Origin: the human T2T-CHM13v2.0 reference genome, Homo sapiens
Assembly (NCBI RefSeq): GCF_009914755.1
Contig: NC_060928.1
Direction: 5' to 3' (one strand)
DNA: 64,000 nt
The stretch's first letter is position 1; each line of letters opens with the position of its first letter. Under the pieces are notes generated by a model. The model saw nothing but the letters and a program-made list of their open reading frames with translations, was not told where the DNA came from and made no database searches. Of this stretch, positions 18,006 to 30,505 are shown piece after piece. The position numbers were made by a program, and so were the translations under genes.

Positions 18006-18190
18006 TTTTTAGAGATGGTGGTCTCGCTACATTGCCAGGCTGGACTTGAACTCCTGGGCTCCAGTGATCGATTGCTTGAAATATTTCTGGAGTTCAAGTC
18101 TAACCTGGCAACATAGCAAGACCCCATCTGTAAAAATTGCCTCAGCCATCCAAGTAGCTGGAACTACAGGTGTGTGCCACCACATTTGGC
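18006..18190 (-). mobile_element. FLAM/AluJ-type monomer carrying an internal inverted duplication
   Basis: Minus-strand monomer at 18006-18069 and 18138-18190, with a plus-strand copy of the same segment at 18070-18136. Confidence 0.85.
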
Positions 18191-18890
18191 TTTCTTGGCT
18201 ATTTCTTATCATCTTTTTCCTCAGAGGGTGTCTGGACCATTCAGAGTTAACCAATTAGTGTGACTTATCTCCTGTCCTGTGAGGAGAAACCATTCTACAG
18301 TCACCTGGAATCAGTAAAGGAAACTGCATGCTCCTCTGAATTCCACACCAACCACACTCTAGTTGAAAACAGTGGTCTAAAAATTGAAAAGTGTTCTATT
18401 ATACACCAAACCTGTACTTCACTAAATGGTAACTTAATGACCTGAAGCAGGGTTTAACAACCTTTTTCATGCCTTGACCCACATAGAAAATGATAAATAT
18501 TTGCACAGTGCTCTGGAATAAACAGATGAAGGTGACCATCTGCCCTGAAGGTGGAGGAGTTCAATATCTACACACATACCTGTAACCTATTCTTGGTACC
18601 ATGTCGGGAAGCCTGACATAAGGAGTTGTCCTGTTTCCAAAGGCACAGAATTTACTTAAAGGAGTGAGAATAGCTAGTCACTGTGCACTATATGTTTTCC
18701 AAAAGGTTCTTTATCATTTTCGAACGTTATTTGGAGTACCAGGAGGGTTTCCTTAGGCTTAGAGATTAACAAAATAAAAAAGCATTAAGTGTAAGAATAG
18801 CTAATTTTTTTTGAAATGTCATTAACATAGCGTAGACTGTTTTAAGTGTTTTACATGGATATCAGAGAAGATGCCAGCCTCCTAGGAGCT

Positions 18891-19069
18891 GAGGTCAAAT
18901 CCAGCCTTCAGCCTATTTTTGTTCAACCTGTGAATTAAACATTTTTTTATTTTTAAAAGATTGTTAAAGAAAAGCACACTAAGAAGAATATGCAGTAGAG
19001 ACTATATGTGGTCCCAAAGCTTAAAACATTTACCTTCTGGCCCTTTAGAGAAAAAGTTTGCCAACCCTC
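18891..19069 (+). mobile_element. MER58A-like hAT-Charlie element
   Basis: ...atttaccttctggccctttagagaaaaagtttgccaaccct terminus. Confidence 0.8.
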
Positions 19070-19162
19070 ATCACAGAGGATGGCAGGGAGTGACAAAGCT
19101 CCAAAAAAGATCCAAAGGACATGAGTAAGCAATCAGGAAGGCTGGCTTTCCACAGCCCCATA

Positions 19163-19573
19163 GATTCCAAAAGTAGACAATGAGATTCAATAGATCTGAG
19201 CAAGACCATTTTTATTTACAGCACGGAAAGCAGCAGAAGCATCACATGATACTGCCAGTTCCTCTGCCATTACATCCCACATAACACAAAGGGCCCAGGT
19301 GGCAGCTATGCGGGCAGTTGTGCTGCAGCTGAGGAATCTAGGACCAAGCCCTCCATACCTTTTACAGCAAGTAATGAACAAGCCAGAATCCTTCCCCTGA
19401 GGAGTTAGTAGTCATATGGTTGTCTGTCTGTGTCACCATGACCTACTTAATTGGCTATGTGATTAGCTACAGAAATGGCTCAGCATCATAGGACAGCTAG
19501 GCCTTGCATTTTGGCATACTCAGCAAGGATGGGTGCAGATGCTGGGGCCCATGGAAGACTGCCTTTCCCAACA
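19163..19573 (-). mobile_element. ERVL-class solo LTR (MER74/LTR53/LTR47-like; family uncertain)
   Basis: The reverse complement begins TGTTGGGAAAGGCAGTCTTCCATGGG; minus-strand AATAAA at about 19210; left boundary approximate. Confidence 0.5.
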
Positions 19574-19584
19574 GTGGGTGGTCC

Positions 19585-19796
19585 ATTTCATCCTTATCAC
19601 AATCCTGAGAAGAAGATGCTACTATTATCCCATTTCACAAGTGAAGAAATTGAGGTTCGGTGAAAGGGAAGTAACAAAGCAACTTGCTTAAGGTCATAAG
19701 CAACTTGCCCAAGGTCAAAAGTAACTTGCCCAATGTTGCAAAGCTAGTAGACAGTGAGCAGTGATTTAACCCTACTCTGTCTGAATGCAGGGCCCA
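19585..19796 (-). mobile_element. MIR (its other part lies at about 18797-18863) with an internal 21-bp triplication
   Basis: attatcccatttcacaagtgaagaaattgagg...aacttgcccaaggtca core. Confidence 0.8.
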
Positions 19797-19880
19797 AACA
19801 ACATACAACTGCCTCATTCCATTTGGCAGGAAATTGAGAACCACAAGGAACAGATTTAAATTATGTATCTGAGAGAATAA

Positions 19881-20201
<321 letters not shown>

Positions 20202-22180
20202 TTAGAATAATTCATTGTTTTGTTTTCCTCTTTTAATGATAATGCTGAGAGATGGCATTTTGACAATGCATAGAGTCTTTGGTGCATAATAATTTTAAGA
20301 TTTATATATGTTCAGATACTAGTAAAAGCTTGCTAAAATCTTTCCTGATTAAAAAAAAATGGATTTGGCTAGATTTTACCTTTGCCAGTTGTTTTAAAAA
20401 GTTTCCTTTGCAGTACGAAAGGCAAAACACACATTTAATTATCTTTCTCTAGCTAATGTTTGAACTGCCTAATTATACTCAAAGTGCTAATTACAGATAT
20501 TACAAATTGCAACTCACAATAAAATATTTCTTCATGACTTAACCAGTCCCATCAATTAAATGAAGTCCCAGACATATTCCTCCACACCCTTTGTGTTACT
20601 CTCTCTACATTTCCACAAACCAGTAACTGATTTGTATGGATAGTATAGAAACAGGTGCAGAGAGGCATTGTGCATATGTGTCTATGTGTGAAAAACTAAC
20701 GCAAACAGCAGAAGAGGTTGCTGAAAACAGCAATGAGAGCACATACACATGAAGCTTAATGGCAATGCTAAGTCCAACACAAGGGGGTGGAAATGAAGGG
20801 GTCGGGGCTGTTGCAGGGGACTTTGGGGTTGCAGGTAACTGAAACATCTGAAATTGTTTAAGCAAAGGAAAAAAATTTCAATGGAAAAAAATGACCTTCC
20901 TCATAATATCCATGGCAGAAAGTTCAGACAAGTCTTAGACAAGATCAGGAAACCTCTTGCTAAGGAAGCCCACCAGCTCTCTGTGATCACATGGTCCCTC
21001 ACACCTGCTCTACTACTCCAGGGTAGTAGAATGTCAGTCAAAAATTGGGCTCTGGAGTCAGGTCAGACAACTAGATTCACACCCCGGCTGTGCACTTTCA
21101 TTAATCTCTCTTTGTGTCAGTTTCTTTGACTGTAAGCACTTGAGTTTAATTGAGTTCTATGAACATTAATTGAAATAGGACCTAATACATACTAAATGTT
21201 CAATATTATTAGTGCTTTTCTTTCATATTTGCTTTATCCTTTTCCATCATCAAATTGGCTTCCCCTTCTTTTTATGCATGTGATAAGATGTCTTCCCAAT
21301 TTAATCATTAATTCTAACGGACTACCTAGTGCCTCAGTCACAAATACAGTTTCCTAGAGGAAAGAATCTGGTCCGGCACTGGTAAGGTTCTATTCCTGGT
21401 CCAATCAGCTGTGGTTGGAGGACAGGATCACAGGGTTCAGGTGTGACCACAGAGACCCATTTCTTTGTTAGCTGGGGGCATGAGAAGAGACAGAGAACTT
21501 CCATAGTACTTTTGAATTCAATATAGACATTAATAGTTGTTGATATTGAATGTTCTACTGTTTATAAATGGTAGAACATCTTAATATATAAGGAAAGATG
21601 CATGTAAATCAAAACCTATTCTAAATGGTATCTAAGAAGATCATGAAGTAAAATTATTTGTAAAAACTTCTTTTAAATTTGAAATAACATACTGAATATT
21701 TATTTTGTATATTAAAAATTAAAATATTCAAGGTGTTTGTTAAGACAGGTTATGTCAACGTCAAGAGATGAAATTTTGAAGTTTTAAAGTTTGCCATGCA
21801 ATTTGCTTGATCTCCTTTTAAAGAAACTAAACTCAACAGATCCTGTGTTGTTTGTTGTATTTTCTTATGGTTGATCAAGAAGGACAGAATTCTGTTCTTT
21901 TTTTGAAAGAGATTAAAATCAGATGTAAAGAAGCAAGTTGGCACCTACTTCCTCTGGGGATACTACATGATCTTTGTTCTCATTTCAGTTATTCAAGACA
22001 CAAGCAGATAGATCATCAGTGTCCTTCTGATTCTTGATTGTGTTATTTCATTTATTCAGAAAAATTAATTTATGTTCAATTTCACATTTACTGTGTGTCA
22101 TGTGAGGCCCTGGGCTAGTAGCCTTGTGAATGAGTTCAGGAGGAATGAAATGGACTCTTTTCCCTTGAGGACTTCATTAT

Positions 22181-22570
22181 GGGAGAGATGGCTGTGTATG
22201 TAGGAGATACATTTACACAGCTATGGTAGGCATGGCTGTTTATACAATGGGCACCTTTATGCAACTGTTGGAGAGATGGCTGTGTGTATAGTGGACACAT
22301 TTACACAACTGTAGGAGAGGTGGCCATGTACACAGTGGATAATTTGCACAACTGTGGGAGATGGCCATGTGCACAGTATACATATTTACCCAGTGGTGGA
22401 AGAGATGGTTGTGTATACAGTAGACATTTTCACAACTATAGGAGAAACAGTTGTTTATACAATGGACACATTTATGCAACTGTAAGAGAGATGACCATGC
22501 ATAGAGTAGACACATTTACATAATGGTGGGAGAGATGGCGCGTATCAGTATACATATTTATGCTGCTGTG
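22181..22570. repeat. Degenerate minisatellite, about 9 copies of a ~43-44 bp unit
   Basis: Consensus approximately ggagagatggctgtgtatacagtggacacatttacacaactgt(a/g); units start near 22181, 22225, 22269, 22313, 22356, 22398, 22441, 22485 and 22529. Confidence 0.9.
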
Positions 22571-23158
22571 TAAATATGGGAGAGAAGATGATTAGTGGGA
22601 GAGATAAGAGAGACATGGGAAGATGACCATAACTCAGTAAACTCTGTAGCGTGGAACTTTCCACATCATTGGTGCTCAGTTCTTGTTGAATGAATAAACT
22701 AACTGGTGCATCAGGCAGGATGATAAAAGTGTTATTGGACAAGCACAAAATGTTATAAAAGTGTAAAAGAGAGTCATTCACTCATTAAATAAACACTTGT
22801 ATGCCTACTATGTATCAGGGGCTGTTTTAAGCATAACTGTATGGCTATTACTTCTGGTTAGAAACTTTTAGAAAATGACATAAAGGAGTTGGCATGCTAG
22901 AGTTGATATGCTAGACCTTAAAGTCCCAATTCATAGATTTAAACAGGCAAAATGGGCCTGAGAGAATTCTAAGATCAAAGTTAAGTTTGGCTGGAGATGG
23001 CAGATGTAAGGTGAAGCACAATGATTAAGATTACAAAGGTAGTATAAGCCAAAACCACTGAGGAAAGGGCATTTTGTGCTGAAGGGCTAGTTTGGACTTA
23101 GTTTTGTGCACAGTAAAGAGTTGCTGAAACTTTAGAAGTCCTATAAGCAGTTTGTCTT

Positions 23159-24023
23159 TGAGGGCGTCCAAGGATAGAGAGGAAAAAACCAAAGTATTTT
23201 TTTCCTATTCTCTTTTACGTCTTAATACAACACAGCACCTCCAGTCACCAAAATGTGTGGGGATTTCTCCCCATTAGCAACCAACCCTCCAGCAGATACC
23301 AGCTGGGTCTCCTCTAATTCAATTTAATTCTTATACTATCTACCTGAAGATAGTGTCAGATCCCACAGCTTAAGGGCTCAGTCCCACAAGACTGCCCCTA
23401 CTTCAGACAGCAATCCCAGGAACTAAGTTGCTATTTATACTTCTGACCCACTGGCTATAAATCAAGATTCCCATATCCCCTCCTTGTGTTCAATTAATTT
23501 GCTAGAGCTGCCCACAGAATCCAGGAAAACACTTACATTTACCAGCTTATGTTCAAGGATATTACAAAGGATACAGATGAACAGCCAAATAAAGAGACGA
23601 ATAGGGCAAGGTATGTAGGAAGGGATGTGGAGTTTCCATGCCCTCTCTGGCAGCCACCCTCCAGGGACCTCCCTGTGTTCAGCTATCAGGAAGGTCCTCA
23701 AACCTGTTCCTTTTGAGTTTTTATGGATACTTCATTAGGTAGGCATAATTGATTAAATCATTGGCCACTGATGATCAACTCCACCTCCAGCCCTTCTACC
23801 CTCTGTAGAAGTTTTAGAGTAGGGCTGAAAATCCCAACCCTCTAATCCTGCCTTGGTCTTTTGGTAACCAGTCCCCATCCTGACTGCTATCTAGAGTTGC
23901 CAGCCACCAGTCATCTCGTGAGCACACAAAAGACACTATTATCACTCTAGAGATTCAAAGTGTTTTAGGAGATGTATGTCAGAAAATGGGATAAAGACCA
24001 AGTATATATATCACAATATCACA
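23159..24023 (-). mobile_element. MER21-family solo LTR
   Basis: The reverse complement begins TGTGATATTGTGATATA; internal gtcagatcccacag..taagggctcagtcccacaagactgcccc. Confidence 0.85.
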
Positions 24024-25319
24024 GAGGAATTCACCTAGCAATGCTGTGTGGATTGTATTGGTGGCCTCATCAGGAATGAGGCCTTGTAGCAAGGGAGTGA
24101 TCATGGAAATGTAGAAAAAATATGAATATGAGAAACACTGGAAGGTTAGAAACTGTAACATACAAGAGACATTTCCATGTAAAACTTATGGAACTAGAGG
24201 ACATATCAAGTAATAGTAAGAGACTAAGGCATCATAGATGATTCCTGAGCTTCACAGTTACCTGTTTAGGAGATGAAAGGCACCATTAATGAAAATAAGG
24301 ATCACAGGGGAAGGATCAGATTGGCAGGGAAGATGCATTTTGGATATACTAGGCTTGAAATGAGAGCAGAGTATGCACATGGAAATCTGTAGTACATCCA
24401 TTGCACAGGGTTATTAATTCAAGCAAGCAAGGCCTGGGAGCAACTGCAGTAGGTCCTTGAAGGACTGACTTTCACCTATTAGATAGTAATCTCATGGATA
24501 TCTTCATCTACAATATCAATGTTTCCAGCTGGAAGGAGGAAAAGTTTTGCAGCTGCAATGTAAATAGGGATTAGTGAGCTCCTCCAAAATACTGTTGGCT
24601 TCAGCACAACACAGAGCTGGCCAGAGATGAAACTTAGATATGCAGGCACAGTACCAGAAACAGCAAATGGACTTCAGGCTCTGTCTGTGATCCAAGAGAC
24701 GAGAACTTAGGACCATCCAGGGAAAGTCTTGGAAAGTCATAATTGCTACTGGCTGAGTTGGGAAGACACCAAAAATCCCAGCAGAGAGTGGGATGTGAGG
24801 ATCAGAAAATAGGGAGTTGGCAAAAATAATGGGTGTCAACCAAGCATAGTAAATTAGGATAATCAGACTAATTTTGCCAGATGGCAAAATTTTTCACTTG
24901 AGTTCACCTTTAAAACACTGTATTTGGCGCATAAATGCCAGTTGGAGGCCCTCCAGTGTTATAAAGTTGCCAGTCAGTATTTGACAAAGATAATAGCTGA
25001 AGCCATCAGATTGGATGACATTTCAAAGGTGTACTGTCATATTTATGGAATGGTAAGAGGAGCTAGATGTGAAGAAGACAGAGATAAGAGAAAGACCAAA
25101 AGGATGCAGTATTTTTGAAGCAAAGGAAACAGACTTCACAGCCAACTTTTCCAAGAGACCAAGTAAAGAGTAATATATATTTTCAACATGTGCATAGCAC
25201 TGTATTAGGTGTAAAAGAAGTCAGATAACATGGGTTCCGCCCTGCAGAAGCACTTTTTCTTGAGCATAAAGGATATATAAAAAGTTTGGGGGCTAAATTG
25301 TGTCACAGGTTATTAAAGC

Positions 25320-27110
25320 AAATGGGAAATATTTCCACCTCTGAACATGATGGAGTAATGGAAACCAGATTCAACTTTCTACCTTAAACAACTAAACAAA
25401 AAATAAATCACAAAATATATGAATCAATGGTTTTCCAATATTGGTCAATAGGCAGTAATTTCTAACAAGAAGAACAAAGTGAGTCCTACAATTGCCTCAG
25501 CTTGACACCTAGACAGAGTTTCCAGGCTAGCGTTGAGGGAAAAGGAACCTAGGCAGAGCCAGGCAAACTTCCTGAGTTGAGAGGCACAGTTGAGAATGTT
25601 AAGGTAGGCTAAAGCACCTAAGATTCCTGAGGCAGAGTACCAGAGATGCAGAGAGAGAGAGAGCTCCAGAACCTGAAGAGGATTCCTTTCAAGTCCAAAG
25701 CTGAGTACTGATGAGCGCATACTTATGTAGAAACATCACCAGAAAGAAATTAACAGAACAATTCCTCACAGTAATTCAAGACTGGAAATAATTCACGTTT
25801 CCAGCAGCCAGAGGAAAGAACCCTTGTAATACATGGGGCATTAGGTTGAGTGCTCAAAAGGGTATTGCATAAGTAGAGGGGCCAAATTAATGAAAGCTGC
25901 TGTGGTCCCCACATAACAAAACTTAACTGCAAGCTGAGAGAATCAAAATGTTTCTAAGTAACTTACACATGTCCCAGAACAAAGTTCAAGAACAGTAAAA
26001 GTAATGCAAAAACAAAAAAACAATCCCAGGAACTAAGTTGCTATTTATACTTCTGACCCACTGGCTATAAATCAAGATTCCCAGACCTGCTCCTTGTGTT
26101 CAATTAATTTGCTAGAGCTGCCCACAGAATCCAGGAAAACACTTGCATTTACCAGCTTATATTCAAGGATATTACAAAGGATACAGATGAACAGCCAAAT
26201 AAAGAGATGAATAGGGCAAGGTGTGTAGGAAGGGATGTGGAGTTTCCATTCCCTCTCTGGCAGCCACCCTCCAGGGACCTCCCCGTGTTCAGCTATCAGG
26301 AAGGTCCTCAAACCTGTTCCTTTTGGGTTTTTATGGATACTTCATTAGGTGGGCATAACATCCAGCAGCATCGTCACAATGTCTCTCACCTAATAAAAAA
26401 TGAGTAAATTTGAAGGCAAAGTAATAGAACGTTTTCAAAATAAAACGAAGAAAATAAAACAAAAAATAAACAAAATAACAGAGCAGCAATGAGTTGTTGG
26501 ACAACTTCTAGAGGCTTAGTACACATGTCCTCAAAGAAAGGGGCAGTGCAGAAAAAATATTTGAAGACCTAACGGCTTACATTTTTTCAAATTTGATGAA
26601 AACTATAAATTTAGAAATCCAAGAAACTCAACAAATTCAAATAAAAGAAACATGAAGAAAACTGCATCAAGGCACATCTTAATGAAATTTTTTAAGGCCA
26701 ATGGGGCAGGAGAAGTCTTTACATCAGCCAGAGGGAAAATAAAACCACAATTAGTATAGAGCAACAAAGATAAAAATAACAGCAGAGTTCTCAATGGAAA
26801 CAGTGCAAGTGAGAAGAAAGTGAAGAAGCAGCTTTAAAGTACTGAAAGAAAACAAACATTCAATTTAGAATTCTATACCCAGCAAGAATATATTTTTAAA
26901 AACAAAGGCAAAGTCTCTTTCAGACATACACAATCTGAAAGAATGCAGTTATCAGATAAGCAATGCAAGAAATTCTTCAGGTAGAAGGAAAGTGACGCCA
27001 GATGAAAATCTGGATCTAAACAAAGGAGTGAAGTGCTCCAGAAAGTATCTTTTTAAAATAAAAATAATAATAGTGTGTTATGAGCATTATAACATATATA
27101 CAAATAAAAC
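25320..27110 (+). mobile_element. Old L1M 5' UTR/ORF1 remnant
   Basis: A-rich ORF1-like text (aaatccaagaaactcaacaa...aaggcacatc...ttagaattctatacccagcaa); boundaries approximate. Confidence 0.65.
26021..26358 (+). repeat. 338-bp direct copy of 23411-23748 (internal MER21 segment)
   Basis: Ungapped alignment at offset 2610; 12 mismatches by manual count. Confidence 0.97.
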
Positions 27111-27112
27111 AA

Positions 27113-27687
27113 AGTAGCAGACAGCTTCTAAATAGCTTCTAATTATCCCCACCTCCTGATGTAATCCTCTTCCCTTGTATGTAAAATAGACTAGAGACTT
27201 ATTTCTTATGAATAGAATATGCCAAGAGTGTTAAGATATCAGTTCTGAGATTAGGTTATAAAAGACTGTGACTTTCATTTTGCTTAAACTCTTTCCCTGT
27301 TTCTTCCTGCTTGCTTGCTTGGATGAAGCAATCTACCATTTTGTGTACTGCCCTGTATGGAAGCCCATGTGGCAAAGAACTGAGGGTAGCCTCTGGCCAG
27401 TAGCCATGAAGAAACTGAGGTCTTCCATTCAAAGATCACCAGGGCCTGAATTCTGCCAACCACTGTATGAATGAGCTTAGTAGCAGTTTCTTCCCCAATT
27501 GAGCCTAAAGATGACTGAAGCCCTGGCTACACCTTGTTTGCAGCTTTGTGCAAGGCCCCAAGAGAGGATCCAGCTGAACTGCTCCCAGTTCAAATTCCTG
27601 ACCCACAAAATCTGTGAAATAATAAATGTTGTTTTAAGCTACTAAGATTTGGGATAATTTGTTATGCAGCCATGTATAACTGATACA
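27113..27687 (+). mobile_element. MLT1 (F/G-like) solo LTR
   Basis: gaatagaatatg...ctgagattaggttataaaagactgtgacttt...gttttaagctactaagatttgggataatttgttatgcagc...taactgataca. Confidence 0.8.
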
Positions 27688-27854
27688 TCAGGAGAAGTGA
27701 AATGAAAGTATATATGAGGATCAAAATAAAATATTTTCCCTTATTTTTTACATGTCTTTAAAAGATAATTGAGTGTTTCAGGTAAAAAGAATAACAATGG
27801 ATTATGATTTTATAACAAATGAAGAAGTGAAATGTATGACCATTTTTAATTTTT

Positions 27855-28075
27855 GATGACAGAAAGCAGATAACTGGTTGTCTGAGACAGGGCTAGGCAT
27901 GAAGAGTGGATTTGCAAAGGGGTATGAGAAAACCTTTGTAGGTGATGGGTCTGTTCATTATTGATTGTGGTGATGTTTTCATAGGTAGGTACATATGTCA
28001 AATCTCATCCATTTTGTACACTTTAAATAGGTACTTTATTATACATCAATTATACCTCAAAAAATATAAATAAAA
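27855..28075 (+). mobile_element. L1ME-type 3' end
   Basis: acagaaagcagataactggttg...ttgattgtggtgatg...tgtacactttaaata...caattatacctcaa. Confidence 0.65.
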
Positions 28076-28645
28076 GTCTAAGGAACAGACAATAGAAGTT
28101 TACAAAAGAGAAAGGTTGATGTAGGTGTAATTATTACAAAAGACTTCACAGAGGACCCAGCAACAGAATCAGGCTGTGATAAAATGGCAGAAGAAATATA
28201 GGGAAGGAATTAAAGTGGAGTACAGTAGACTACCAAGGCCAAGAAGTAGGAATTCGTGTGATGTGTAGAAGGAAAGAACATTGAGCAAAGAATGCCTTTT
28301 GAAGAAAACCAGCTTGCAAGGGTAATTTTTTCCTGAAAACTCCCAAGAGACAAATTCCTAAAAATCAAAAACATAATTACTATTAGTTTCAAGAGATGTT
28401 GATGCATCCTGAGCCCCCAAATTAAGCCACTTATACTAAAACAACACCAAATTGCCTTAAAATGGACACTGTTGCTTCAGCAGATGACATTCATCGTCAT
28501 GGCATGGCCTTCCCAGGCAATTTCCCTTCATTAATTATTCTGTAATAAGGCTGAATGTCTTTGCTCAGCTCATTTACGGCTACTGCATACCATAAACTTA
28601 AACCTTTGCTGTCCTTTTTTAGGCCACAAAAGGCTAAATAAATCA

Positions 28646-29002
<357 letters not shown>

Positions 29003-29519
29003 TCACTACAATAAGCTTAAAAACCAAAAATTCTGGGAACACTTCAAAACTGGGAAGATGACCTCATAAGGGCTGTTGTTTCCTGGCGCTCAGCTACTTG
29101 GAGGTACAAACAATCCAAAACAGCTCTCATAAATGTAAGTGCATGCATCATAGGCCAAAGCAGATATTATATAAAACTCCTCGCAAATTTAAATTTTTGT
29201 CAACTAAAGGCCATACCCTGGGATATAACTGTAAAGTGAAATACACTTAGAGAAGATTAAATATGACCAGGCTGGGGAAGTGTTTGCATTGTTGGATTAA
29301 GGATTTGGGGCTTAATTGGGAGCCTTATAAGATTTGAAAAAAGAGAGTGACATTATGAAAGATGTCTTTAAGATCCATCTAGAAGTCATGTGCAGAGTAG
29401 AATTAGGCAGAGTACAAATAGGCAGAAAGGCGATTTAAGAGGCCATCATGGGGTAGATTGAGTGAGATGTGATGAGATTGTGGACAAAGGAAATGACGGT
29501 ACAATCCTGAACACATTTA

Positions 29520-29735
29520 CTACTAATTAACATTTATTGAGTATTTTCATGTGCCTGGCACTGTTCTAAGTGTTTACATGTATTAACTGTCCCTTTACTG
29601 AGTATTTACTATGGAATGTATATCATTATTGTCCCTACTTTACTTTTGAGAAAACTGAGACACAAGAGAGAGCTAGTGAGGAGCCCAGTCAGGGTTTGAA
29701 CGGGGTAGTCTGGCTCCAGAGTTTCACACATGCTC
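29520..29735 (-). mobile_element. MIR
   Basis: catttattgag...gtgcctggcactgttctaagtg...gagaaaactgagacaca. Confidence 0.7.
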
Positions 29736-29829
29736 TGTGCCCTCTTAAGCATTCATTCACTCTGTATGGGTCCTATGAGAAGTACTCAGAGTGCCATTAA
29801 AGAAGAAGCCAAGGCCAAGAGAGATCCTG

Positions 29830-30505
29830 AGTGCATTCACTTTTCTCCATGGCTACTACCTTAGGCCAGAACAGTGTCCTCTCCGCGGCAGCCCCTAGCA
29901 GCTTTTCCTGCCTCCAGATGTGTCCTCTTCCATCAATCAGTTGTCTGCCCTCACCAGAGCGATCTTCCAAAAGCATCAGCTGATCACATCACCCCTTGGT
30001 TCAAAATCACTGGGATAAAGTTCAGAGCTCACACGTGTCTTACAAGGCCCTACATGATTTGGTCCTGGATGATTTTTTTAGCCTTGTCTCTCATCCCTCT
30101 CCATTTTGCATCCTAAGTCCCAGACATAAGGCTCTCATGTCTGGGATTTTTGACATAATGCTTTTAAAGTTGGAAATATTATTCCCCCTTCCATCCACAC
30201 CACTATTCTTCCTGGACTGACTCTTACTCATCTTTCCCATCCAATCTGAGAGGTCACTTCCCTTTGAAAGTCTACTCTGACACCGTGACACACATCTGTT
30301 GTAGGCCTGCCCCCCAATGTCCTTGTACAGGCCCCTGTGTTGTCACTAATTATACCACATTCTAACTTCATGCTCTGTAGCAGCTCACTCCACTGAATAT
30401 TGGTGCTGTGAGGGCAGTGACTCTGTGCATTATTTTATTCCCAACAATTAGCATGGTACCTGGTACCTAGTGGGCTCTAAATAATTTTTTAAATTGAAGA
30501 ATAAA
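29830..30505 (+). mobile_element. L2 3' fragment
   Basis: ccagagcgatctt...ctgatcacatcacccc...tacaaggccctacatgatttgg...cctggtacctagtgggctctaaataa. Confidence 0.7.

Noticed and set aside
22181-22570. CRISPR-like array or Cys/His-rich repeat protein
   Set aside because: Units are contiguous and diverged along their whole length with no unique spacers, the context is eukaryotic with no cas genes, and the ORFs shift frame between units.
23462-26311. Two near-identical 79-aa minus-strand ORFs as a paralogous gene pair
   Set aside because: Both lie within the duplicated MER21 LTR slice; the similarity reflects the DNA duplication, not coding constraint.
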